Origin: a virus
Lineage: Duplodnaviria > Heunggongvirae > Uroviricota > Caudoviricetes
Virus record (IMG/VR): IMGVR_UViG_3300018489_000278
Reading direction: 5' to 3' (one strand)
Length of the DNA: 64,000 nucleotides
This document shows positions 50,564-59,874 of this stretch, in pieces. The position numbers were made by a program, and so were the translations under genes. Numbering within the stretch: the first letter of the stretch is position 1; each line of letters opens with the position of its first letter. A model generated the notes under the pieces. It saw only the letters and a list, made by a program, of their open reading frames with translations. It did no database searches and had not been told where the DNA came from.

Positions 50564-51412
50564 ATGGAGCTGATAGGAATATCTTTAAACAACTATACAT
50601 TAAAAGGGAAGACGCATTCTTTAGATATAAAAATGTATGAAGAGCATTATATAGATGAGAATAAAGTCTTGCATTGTCGCTTATCAGCGTTCCTCCCATC
50701 TCTTGACGGCAAGTTGCATCCACTTCTTGGTAGTAACAATTTTAGAGTACTCGATGAACTTCTTACTGAACAGTTTGGTCGTTCAGAAGAAGATAAAAAC
50801 TTGAAAATTGAAGGATATGTCTCTGTCTCATCCGTGACAAACATGGGAATAATTTCTCTTGATACTTCACGAGACAGAATGAGTCGATTTGAAAATTATT
50901 ATGTTAATTCGCTTACTGATATATTGTTGTATAACGAAAAAGCATTATATTACGCTGTTCCAGATAAACATGTGTATATTACTGTAGAGCAACAAATTAT
51001 ATTAATTGACATATCTTTTTCATATGATACTTACGCAAGAACAGTATTTGCTAAAGTTGATTTTTACCTTCCAACAGATCACAAAGGAATGCTTCACCCT
51101 TTGTTAGTCGATAGGCATAAAAGAGGAAAAGCAGCAATATACGATAATAGCAATGGTCGTTTCTACAAGCTCGTTCCCGATGTAGGAAGGTTAAACAGTG
51201 CAGGTAATTTCAGGGTTGTTACGACGCGTTGGAGCTGTGATAATATAGATACGCATGTTGTTGGTATAAGTTCTTTAAAAACAGATGTGGATACTCATCT
51301 TGCACGTATATTTAAAAGAGCAGAAGATCAAATAGATAAAAAGATAAACAAATGGTCAAAAGAAGTTGAAGAACTTGCTAAAGCTAATTCAAGAGAGGTG
51401 TTAGATAGATGA
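50564..51412 (+). CDS. Family B paralog with two modules
   Basis: LHCRLSAFLPSLDGKLHPLLG and AKVDFYLPTDHKGMLHPLLVD...GRFYKLVPDVG. Confidence 0.5.
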   Translation: MELIGISLNNYTLKGKTHSLDIKMYEEHYIDENKVLHCRLSAFLPSLDGKLHPLLGSNNFRVLDELLTEQFGRSEEDKNLKIEGYVSVSSVTNMGIISLDTSRDRMSRFENYYVNSLTDILLYNEKALYYAVPDKHVYITVEQQIILIDISFSYDTYARTVFAKVDFYLPTDHKGMLHPLLVDRHKRGKAAIYDNSNGRFYKLVPDVGRLNSAGNFRVVTTRWSCDNIDTHVVGISSLKTDVDTHLARIFKRAEDQIDKKINKWSKEVEELAKANSREVLDR

Positions 51413-52635
51413 CAGAAAATACAGAAATAATATCTAGAGATGTGTATAGAAGAAATTTAATTGATGGGACACCTATCTTATTTGAGGTATCTACATTTGA
51501 GAATAAAACGAACAAGCAATTGGATAGGAAGATAAGGGCTTTTTTGCCTTATATAGATTACATGGAAGGACCTCACACCGCGAGGAAAGAAGAACCTTTT
51601 ATTTTTTACTCTCCATATATGATATGTGGCTTTGTGTTTAATAGGGTACCTAGGACAGAAGTTATAGATGTTGGAGGACAGATATTTTTTGCGATAGAAC
51701 AGACTGCGCAAGTTTTTTATCCTGACATTATAGATGACATTGTTAATAAATTGAACGAGAACTACAAATATAACACGGAGCAAAAGCACAAAGAAAAGCA
51801 TGTACAGACAGGTTACACTTTAACTTTAGGATCTGTATCTATTCAGTTCTTCGTTCATGATGACATTGAGTTTGTGCCAGATGCAGATATGTGGCTTGGT
51901 TATACTCAAATCTTTCTTCCTATGGAGACAGAGCGTGATAAATTTCCAAGTTATTATGGTATCTCGCATTATATAGCCAATAAAATAGTAAGAGTAGGAC
52001 ACAGTAGATTAAATGCAGGATGGGGAACACCTTCAAACAGATCTATAATGCCATTATATATGGTAGATGGTATAAGCCATGCACTTAGAAGAGATATAAG
52101 AGAAGTAGAACTTGAAATGGAAAATATGCGAGAAGAAATTTTTAATACTTTGAAGTCTGTTTTTGATTACAATGTTGCTGTATTTTCGCATGACTTCAGT
52201 CCGATGTTACAATCCGAGACATTCCACATAGGTAAAGGCATTGATTTAAAAGTAAAGTATGATAGTATTGATTACGACTCAGAAGAAAACACTTTTATTG
52301 TTGGCGTCTCTTTATATTTTCCAACAGGAGCGGATGGTTATTTAAGAAAAGAGTTAGTAAGTCATAATACGAGTCTTAGGATAAAAGACGATGCTAGTGG
52401 AATGCAGTATCTTTTTGAGAAAGACTTGGGCGTCCCAACTGCAGATGGAAGCAGATTGTTGAAGGTGTCTTTCTATATTCCTGATGATTTTGCTCCAGGT
52501 AGCAACAATTATGCTAAAGGATTAAAAGATGAGAACTTTGTTGGTTTATACAAAAAATTGGATAAGAGAGTATCAAGAATAGTGTCGTCTCTTCGTAAGA
52601 TTTATGAGTACAATACGCTTGAAGAGGTAAGGTAA
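51409..52635 (+). CDS. Family B paralog with four modules
   Basis: IRAFLPYID; YTQIFLPMETE; VGVSLYFPTGADGYLRKELVS...GMQYLFEKDLGVPTADG; KVSFYIPDD. Confidence 0.5.
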   Translation: MTENTEIISRDVYRRNLIDGTPILFEVSTFENKTNKQLDRKIRAFLPYIDYMEGPHTARKEEPFIFYSPYMICGFVFNRVPRTEVIDVGGQIFFAIEQTAQVFYPDIIDDIVNKLNENYKYNTEQKHKEKHVQTGYTLTLGSVSIQFFVHDDIEFVPDADMWLGYTQIFLPMETERDKFPSYYGISHYIANKIVRVGHSRLNAGWGTPSNRSIMPLYMVDGISHALRRDIREVELEMENMREEIFNTLKSVFDYNVAVFSHDFSPMLQSETFHIGKGIDLKVKYDSIDYDSEENTFIVGVSLYFPTGADGYLRKELVSHNTSLRIKDDASGMQYLFEKDLGVPTADGSRLLKVSFYIPDDFAPGSNNYAKGLKDENFVGLYKKLDKRVSRIVSSLRKIYEYNTLEEVR

Positions 52636-53182
52636 TGGCGGAGAATCTTGTTATAGATTACAGTGAGTATACGCTTATAGATGATAGTAATGTTTATTTT
52701 GAAGTGGCATTAGTCGATGAAGAAGAGCAAAAAGATTATTCGCTTTTTCTTATCGCCTATATTCCTATAAGTGCAGGTAATATTCGTCATTATATTGGCG
52801 ACAGCATATATGGTTTTATTGATATTAATAAATTTATTAGAAGCGAGGATACAATTTATTTTAATGGTGTGCATTGCGACAAATATACTTTCTCTTGTAA
52901 TTCTTTAGAAGAAGCAGAAGTTCTTAAAAAAACATTATTAATACAGCTAATTTTAATATTCGAAAGAATGATATGGAGGTTAGTAAAGAATATAGTAAGG
53001 CAAAAAAGATTAATTTTGTGTATAAAGGTGCTTCATTAGACATTATAACTTGCAAAGATTTTCGTTTTGATAAATTTAATGGTAGGTGGTATTGTTTTGT
53101 GTATGTACTTTTACCTAAAGATAAAGAATTTAACAAGTTTGTAGATCCTTTTTCAGTAAAGAAATTATTTCTGAATATATAG
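52635..53182 (+). CDS. Family B-related small paralog, probable frame change near 52980
   Basis: 52635-53039 (SLFLIAYIPISAGN) and 52973-53182 (RWYCFVYVLLPKDKE) overlap in different frames. Confidence 0.35.
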
Positions 53183-53376
53183 CAGACAAAGACAAAATTT
53201 CTATTTATTTAGGAAGCGAACATGTTGTTTCAGGCGGTAGTCGTTTTGATGAATTTTTTGGCGATAATATCCATGATGATAATGTTATTAAAGAAGTTAG
53301 CAAAATCGCAAATCCTAATGACTACCTTTGTTTTGTTATAACAGAACCGACCACTACACTTCAGAATGCAGAGCTG

Positions 53377-53892
53377 ATGGCTGATAATTTTGCTTCAGAC
53401 TGTGTAAAAATATTAGACGATCTTTTTAAAAAAAATGTTGATTTGATTTCTTCACAAGATAGCTTCAATATTGCAAAAGATGTCAAGATAGATAAGAATA
53501 CGATAATTCATATTCGAAATAAATTTGCTTATTATTCCTACCATAATGAGGTTTTAGTGAAAGTCTCTTTATTTTTACCTACAGATGCATCAACAGGGCT
53601 TCTAAGGAATGATTTTGTTGATAAGTATAATTTACTAGGCAGGATACAAGATAGTACAAACAGAAGAATAATACTTGTACCTAATGTAGGTGTAAAAGAC
53701 GGCGAGTATAGAAGGATTGATCTTGGCCTCGTGTACGGAGAAAAAGATTTAAAGGTAAAAGGATTAATGCCATCGGACGGACTTATTGCATCAGCAAGAC
53801 ATAAATCAGATGTTTATACGCAGAGACTTATCAAGAATATAATAAATATGAGACGTTACAATATAGAAAAAGGTACGGTGATAGAAAGATGA
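53377..53892 (+). CDS. Family B paralog, single module
   Basis: VKVSLFLPTDASTGLLRNDFVDKYN...RRIILVPNVGVKDGEYRRIDLGLVY. Confidence 0.5.
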   Translation: MADNFASDCVKILDDLFKKNVDLISSQDSFNIAKDVKIDKNTIIHIRNKFAYYSYHNEVLVKVSLFLPTDASTGLLRNDFVDKYNLLGRIQDSTNRRIILVPNVGVKDGEYRRIDLGLVYGEKDLKVKGLMPSDGLIASARHKSDVYTQRLIKNIINMRRYNIEKGTVIER

Positions 53893-54028
53893 TTACCAAG
53901 CAGAAACTTATAGACGGAACTGAGTGTTTATTTGACATTGAAAAAATAGTAAGGGATACTCTGCAGTTTATGCTTTTGTTCCAGTAGATACATCAGATAA
54001 TAGACGCAGAGCTGCAATTCCTAAATTA

Positions 54029-55156
54029 TTGCAAGGACCCATATTGCCGAAGAACATAGAGGAAGGCGATAAGCTTGATGGTTCAATTGATACTTTTACT
54101 GTTATTGGTGGTAAATCTTATATAGTGCATAGATATGTTTGCAAAGAAAAGTTAGCGTTGCAAGTTGTTAACGATCTGTATGACATTCTTAATAATAATA
54201 TTGAATACAACCTCCGGATGATGACGAACGAATCTACAAGATTATTGACTTACAATATAGGCAATGACACAACGTCACTTGAAGTTAAATTTTTAGTTGA
54301 GCATAGATATATTCCAAGTGTTAGGAAGTGGATATACAACGTAGTGACATTTTTGCCGATAGAGGACACAATACCGTACTATCTTTTAGGTAATATACCA
54401 AAAGAAGAGCAAGATAGTCTTTATTTATCTTATTACATAGGTAATAGATATAATGCTGGAAATTTACTAGGTTCTTTTGATTATCATTGGGGTTTACCTA
54501 CATGTATAACTCTTGGCGAGCCTTTTTACGATAAGTTTAGAACAATGCCTGGGTACAGATTTATGCAGATTACTTTTAATGATAGTGATGAAGAAGCGAA
54601 TAAACAACAAGGAGCAGAAGTAGAAAAATTTATACAAGATACCATTGATACTTTATCTAAAATCTTTGAATATAACAGCATTATGATTCATAAGCAATAT
54701 ATGTTAAGTGAAAAGCAAATAGTTGGTCCAGATGAAAACGGACAATATATTAAAGTGATACTTACGAGGAATTTTTACTACAATACATACGCTAATGAAG
54801 TTAATGTTTTATTTTCTATTAAATTACCGGTGGAACCTGGCGACCCTGATTGTCGTGTCCATCATTTGTTAGTTGACAAAGATAAGAAATTTAAGATATA
54901 TACTGGGCAAAATACAGAATTTACGATAGAACCTACATCAGGTGTCATTGATAACAATCGCACGACAAATAATTATAGAAAAATATCTTTTTTGATGAGA
55001 TATATGGATAGAGGTGCTATTAATTTTAACGTACAAGATGGGAAACATACTTTTGACAAAGCTGAATTAGATACAAATGATTTAAAAAGAAAAATACGTA
55101 CTACGATAGAAGGGATATATAATTATAATAGACATGTATTAGAAGAAGAGAGGTGA
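54029..55156 (+). CDS. Family B paralog with two modules; true start probably upstream
   Basis: YNVVTFLPIEDTIPYYLLG and VLFSIKLPVEPGDPDCRVHHLLVD; the upstream frame reads SAVYAFVPVDTSD. Confidence 0.45.
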   Translation: MQGPILPKNIEEGDKLDGSIDTFTVIGGKSYIVHRYVCKEKLALQVVNDLYDILNNNIEYNLRMMTNESTRLLTYNIGNDTTSLEVKFLVEHRYIPSVRKWIYNVVTFLPIEDTIPYYLLGNIPKEEQDSLYLSYYIGNRYNAGNLLGSFDYHWGLPTCITLGEPFYDKFRTMPGYRFMQITFNDSDEEANKQQGAEVEKFIQDTIDTLSKIFEYNSIMIHKQYMLSEKQIVGPDENGQYIKVILTRNFYYNTYANEVNVLFSIKLPVEPGDPDCRVHHLLVDKDKKFKIYTGQNTEFTIEPTSGVIDNNRTTNNYRKISFLMRYMDRGAINFNVQDGKHTFDKAELDTNDLKRKIRTTIEGIYNYNRHVLEEER

Positions 55157-55159
55157 TTT

Positions 55160-55763
55160 ATGTTAATTAGTTTTGAAGGTATTGATGGTTGTGGAAAAAC
55201 AACTATTGCGAAAGCCGTCTATGAGAAGTTGTCTAATTTAAGCATGAAAGTATTGCTAACAAAAGAGCCTGGCGATACTAAAATGGTAAGTACATCCGCG
55301 ATATACTGCTTCAAAAAAACAATGCATTAGATCCTCTATCAGAGTTTCTTTTATTTGCAGCAGATCGTAGATTACATGTAAAGGAAGTAATAATTCCTCA
55401 TTTAAGAGAAAATTATGTGATTCTTTCTGATAGATTTATGGATAGTTCTGTTGCTTATCAAGGATATGGTAGAGGCGTACCTATCAGTTTTATAGAAAGC
55501 GTTCACAAAGAAATACTAAACGGCATAAGACCTGATATGACTTTTTGTTTGATCTACCAGTTAGTATAAGCTTGAGTAGACTAAAAGATAAAGACCGAAT
55601 TGAAAGGTACGGCGAGAAATTCTTCGCACGTGTGCGAAAAGGATATCTTACACTTGCAAAAAAAGAAGAAAATAGATTTATTATATTGGACGGTGAGAAA
55701 AATGTTGAGACTCTTGCTGATGAAGTTTTTACTACAATAATTAACCGCATTGAGGAGTGTTAG
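55160..55763 (+). CDS. tmk: Thymidylate kinase, read across three frames (two frame changes)
   Basis: MLISFEGIDGCGKTT P-loop, then LSEFLLFAADRRLHVKEVIIP...LSDRFMDSSVAYQGYGRG, then C-terminal piece 55545-55763. Confidence 0.7.
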
Positions 55764-56602
55764 ATATGGAAGAAGAAATAAACCGCACTGAGGATTATTC
55801 AATAAATGAATTAGGTATTACGATAAAGATTTTAGAGAAATATATTCAACAAGGCACACAATGGATTTGTGATTGCGATGTTTTGTTGCCGGTAGACGAT
55901 ACAATGTTACAAAAATATTCGATATTTGTTCCGTTGCGATACCTTATGAATATACATACTAATATAGGTAATAAATGGCTAAATCAATTTTATGGACAGC
56001 ATAGCGTAGTGTTATATAATTATTTAGGAGAAACTTTTCACTTTATTTCGTCAGATCTTAAACAACTTATGGGTGATATTGATGGTTTTAAAAAAGATCT
56101 CGTTTCTCTTTTGAATGTTATAGCTAAATATAATTTGGAAATGATTGAAAATGAAAAAGAATTAGAACCTATGCTGTTTAGTATAGATAGAGACATACAG
56201 ATTAGTTGTTACAGAAAAGTTATGTATGACACTTATAGAAGCGAAATTCAGATTCCAATAGAGATGCATTTGCCTGTAGAAGAAGATGGTTTGCTGAAGC
56301 GAGAGTTAGTTGATCCATCAGGTAAAAGATACTTATTTGACAACACTTTGACTTTTGCAAGAAAGCAATTTCTTGTTCCTTCTATTGGAGAATATGACGA
56401 AGCATTAAATGTGCGGAAAGTATATCTTACGTATTGGTCCCCAGATACATATAGTAGTGATTTGAATACAATGCTTGGTTTGAAATTGTTTAAAAAAGTG
56501 ATAGCCGAATCAAGTAGTTTAATTAAGAAGAATATTGCAGTGTTGGAGAAAGTATATCTTAAGAATCTTGAATTGGATAAAGTTTGCGAGAGTAAAAAAT
56601 AA
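55757..56602 (+). CDS. Family B paralog with two modules
   Basis: WICDCDVLLPVDD; SEIQIPIEMHLPVEEDGLLKRELVD...KQFLVPSIGEYDE. Confidence 0.5.
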   Translation: MLDMEEEINRTEDYSINELGITIKILEKYIQQGTQWICDCDVLLPVDDTMLQKYSIFVPLRYLMNIHTNIGNKWLNQFYGQHSVVLYNYLGETFHFISSDLKQLMGDIDGFKKDLVSLLNVIAKYNLEMIENEKELEPMLFSIDRDIQISCYRKVMYDTYRSEIQIPIEMHLPVEEDGLLKRELVDPSGKRYLFDNTLTFARKQFLVPSIGEYDEALNVRKVYLTYWSPDTYSSDLNTMLGLKLFKKVIAESSSLIKKNIAVLEKVYLKNLELDKVCESKK

Positions 56603-56686
56603 ATATCGTTGAGGAATAATACGAAAAGACTTGATAAAAATGATAAAGTATGTTATAATGGTATAACTTGAAGGAGGTAGTATAGT

Positions 56687-57436
56687 TTGGAAGATTTAAG
56701 TGGAATAATTGATAAGATTCTTTTAGGCGATTGTTTAGAGATACTTAAAGAAATACCTGACAACTCTATTGATTTAATTTTTACAGATCCTCCATACAAC
56801 ATCAGCACAAAGAATAAGATCTTTAGAGATTATAGAAGTGGAAAAAACGGCGATATCAATATGGACTTCGGTGAATGGGATTATAACTTTGATCCTATTC
56901 CTTTTTTGGAGGAGAGTAAAAGAGTTCTTAATGATTATGGTAGTATTATAGTTTGGACTTCAGAGCAACTTTTTGGCGTATACAGAGATTGGTTTGCCAA
57001 AAATATGTGTCCTAAACAGTTGCTTGTGTGGATAAAAACCAATCCACTTCCTCAATTTAGACTCATCGGTTACAGACAAGCGACAGAATTAATGTTTTGG
57101 GCTACAAAAAACAAGAACACTAAAAAGAATCCAAACTTTTTGTTTCTTAAACAAGAGGAGATGACAAATGTTTTTTATGCTCCGATAGTAGGAGGCAAAG
57201 AAAGAACTACACATCCTACTCAAAAGCCTTTATCAATTAGCATGGAGATTATAAGAAGACATTGTCGTGAAGGCGGTATTGTGTTAGATCCTTTTGTAGG
57301 ATCTGGGACAACAGCAGTTGCAGCAAAAAGATTACATAGACATTTTATTGGTATTGAGATAGATCCGAAGTATGTTGAAATTGCAAATAGAAGATTAAAA
57401 GAAGAAGAGCAGAATGAAGTTCTTACACTATTTTAA
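56687..57436 (+). CDS. Beta-class DNA methyltransferase (N6A/N4C), orphan
   Basis: LIFTDPPYNIS (motif IV) then DPFVGSGTTAVAA (motif I). Confidence 0.7.
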   Translation: MEDLSGIIDKILLGDCLEILKEIPDNSIDLIFTDPPYNISTKNKIFRDYRSGKNGDINMDFGEWDYNFDPIPFLEESKRVLNDYGSIIVWTSEQLFGVYRDWFAKNMCPKQLLVWIKTNPLPQFRLIGYRQATELMFWATKNKNTKKNPNFLFLKQEEMTNVFYAPIVGGKERTTHPTQKPLSISMEIIRRHCREGGIVLDPFVGSGTTAVAAKRLHRHFIGIEIDPKYVEIANRRLKEEEQNEVLTLF

Positions 57437-57448
57437 GGAGGTTTGTAA

Positions 57449-58477
57449 ATGAGCATTGGAGTTGGAATTATTTTAGGTATTTTTGTTTTAGGTATTCTAG
57501 CAGTTTCTCATGAGTTAGGTCATTTTCTGGCCGCAAGACTCTCTCATATTCCTGTTGAAGAATTTGGATACGGAATAGGTCCAGTGATTTATCAGCACAA
57601 AGCGAAAGATGGTATGGTTTTTAAGTTAAGTGCTATACCTTTTTTAGGTTACGTCAAGATAAAAGGCATGGACAACAACATAGATGCACCAGATGGATTC
57701 TTTAATCAGCCGTTTTGGCCTAAGTTATTTACAATGGTTGCAGGTCCTCTTATGAATATACTTGTTGCAATTCTTTTATTCAGTATTGTATTCTCAACAT
57801 TTGGAAATCCTGTAGTACCTTCTAATGTTGTTGCTGCTGTGTTAAAAGATTCTCCTGCGTATACTGCTGGCATGTTACCTAATGATAAAATTATTGAAAT
57901 CAATGGTGTAAAAATTTCTGAATGGTCTCAAGTGAATAACTTAATACAAGAGAGCAAAGGAGAGCCATTGGAAATTGTTATAGATCGTAATAACGAAGAA
58001 GTTCATTTAGTTGTTACACCTTCTTATGATAATTCTTTAAATAAATGGTTGATAGGTGTATCTTCAAAAGGAGAAGTTTATAGTTTTCCAACATCTTTTA
58101 TTAAAGCAGGTAGTTTTACTTTTAAGATGTTAGGTAGTATGTTTGCCTCTATTGCAATGTTATTTACTAAAGAAGGCGCAACTTCTGTTACAGGACCCAT
58201 AGGTATTGTGTCTTTGATGGCGCAATCTGCAAGTGGAGGTTTCTTGGAGTTTTTATTTTTCTCTGCATATATTAGTTTAGCGTTAGGGTTTACTAATTTA
58301 TTGCCGATTCCTGCGTTGGATGGCAGTTGGATATTAGTATTGTTGATTGAAGGTATAACGAGAAAAAAGATTGTTAATAGGACAGCTCTTCAAATACAAA
58401 GTTTTGCACTTTTTATTCTTCTTGCATTAATGGTGTTAGTTAGTATAAATGATATTATTAGAATTATTGCCAGGTAA
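57449..58477 (+). CDS. rseP: RIP zinc metalloprotease (site-2 protease, M50 family, with PDZ domain)
   Basis: N-terminal TM with HELGH zinc motif, central PDZ-like segment (NDKIIEINGVKISEW), C-terminal TM helices. Confidence 0.7.
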   Translation: MSIGVGIILGIFVLGILAVSHELGHFLAARLSHIPVEEFGYGIGPVIYQHKAKDGMVFKLSAIPFLGYVKIKGMDNNIDAPDGFFNQPFWPKLFTMVAGPLMNILVAILLFSIVFSTFGNPVVPSNVVAAVLKDSPAYTAGMLPNDKIIEINGVKISEWSQVNNLIQESKGEPLEIVIDRNNEEVHLVVTPSYDNSLNKWLIGVSSKGEVYSFPTSFIKAGSFTFKMLGSMFASIAMLFTKEGATSVTGPIGIVSLMAQSASGGFLEFLFFSAYISLALGFTNLLPIPALDGSWILVLLIEGITRKKIVNRTALQIQSFALFILLALMVLVSINDIIRIIAR

Positions 58478-58546
58478 GGTATTGACATAATGATAAAATA
58501 TGTTAAAATATGTGTAGATATACAAAAATCATGAAGGAGGTAATTA

Positions 58547-59556
58547 ATGAGATTACAAGTAAAAACAAATGAAATACAAGATGCTTTGACATCAGTAGGG
58601 AAAGTTATTCCAAAGGTTTCGGTAGTTGAATTAGGCAATGTGTTGATTGATGTGAACGATAAGAAAGTTACTCTTGTTGGTACAAATATGGAGCAATCCG
58701 TTAAATCGGTTATCGATACAGTTTTCTGTGATGAAGGGAGTAAGCAAGTTACAGTTCAGTTTAATCTTATCAAAGATATTGTTGCTCTTTTTGATAAAAA
58801 TAAAGCGTTGGATGTTGATTTAGGAGAAAAGAATATTATTTTGAGTCAAGGAAGTGCTTCTTACACTCTTAATACTTTGTCAGCAGATACATTTCCTGTT
58901 ATACCTGATTTAAACGATCTTTCACCATCTTCTTTTTCTTTGTCTTTTAAAGATTTGTCTAATTTAATCAACAAGACTTCTTTTGCTACTAGTCAGAAGA
59001 AAGAAAGCAAAAGAGAGTTTCAATGCGTGCTTATACATATTATAAATGGTGAAGTACGATTTGTTGCATCTGATTCTACCGTATTGGCATTGGAAAAATC
59101 AATTTTCAACTACCTGAAGCGAAACTTCTCATTCCAACGAATGTTTTAAATCTTATTCCAAGTTTTTCGTTGGAAGATAATGATAATGTCGAGATTCGCT
59201 ATGTCCCTTCACTTATTAGTTTTTCTTTCAAGAATACGCAGATCGTAAGTGTTCTTGTCAATGGTGATTTCCCTGATTATACAATGCTTGTTAGAGATAC
59301 TTCAGATTTTCTCGTTGAAGTTTCTAAACAAGACTTTTTAATGTCTTTAAAAAGACTTGATGTACTAGCCAAGACATCACTGAGACGAGTAAAAACAGTA
59401 TTCGATGGGAATAAACTCGTTGTTTCAACGCTTTCTGGTATAGGGAAAGGCCAAGAAGAAATTTTACTTGCTAATTCTGTTTCTGAAAAATCGAGATTGC
59501 GTTTGATATCGGAAGGCTTATGGACGGGATTGAGCATGCAGAAGGAGATATTGTAG
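58547..59556 (+). CDS. dnaN: DNA polymerase III beta sliding clamp, one frame change near 59110
   Basis: MRLQVKTNEIQDALTSVGKVIP... typical DnaN start; 58547-59149 and 59170-59556 are in different frames joined around an A5 run. Confidence 0.7.
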
Positions 59557-59646
59557 TATTAGGTATCAACAAGAGTTTAACACCGGTTGTTATTACATCG
59601 AAGAAAGATCCTAACTATTGTTATATTATAATGCCACAAAGATGGG

Positions 59647-59874
59647 TTGAGTGATAATACAAAGATGGATAAGTTTGATTTGATAGAAATGTTTATTAGT
59701 TTGCTTATTGCAGCAGGTGTAGTTGCAATAGTTGCTATTATTAATTTTTCTTCTCAATATGTAGATAATAAAATGTTCAAGGCAATTTATAAGACAAGAG
59801 TCTTATATTCAAAGTTGTTTAAGAAGATGGGAGGTATTGAAGATGTCAGAGACGCAAGAGAAAAAGATGTATAG
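59647..59874 (+). CDS. Small membrane protein (75 aa)
   Basis: Hydrophobic segment FISLLIAAGVVAIVAIINF. Confidence 0.25.
   Translation: MSDNTKMDKFDLIEMFISLLIAAGVVAIVAIINFSSQYVDNKMFKAIYKTRVLYSKLFKKMGGIEDVRDAREKDV

Noticed and set aside
30400-56610. Recurrent C-terminal EER / ER peptide treated as a functional protein motif or sorting signal
   Set aside because: The codons coincide with GAGG-type Shine-Dalgarno sequences 4-12 nt upstream of the next start. A by-product of gene overlap is a sufficient explanation.
58478-59646. Replication origin (DnaA boxes or iterons) next to dnaN
   Set aside because: No TTATCCACA-like boxes or clear direct repeats found by eye in the 58478-58546 or 59557-59646 gaps. 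I cannot support an ori call from sequence inspection alone.
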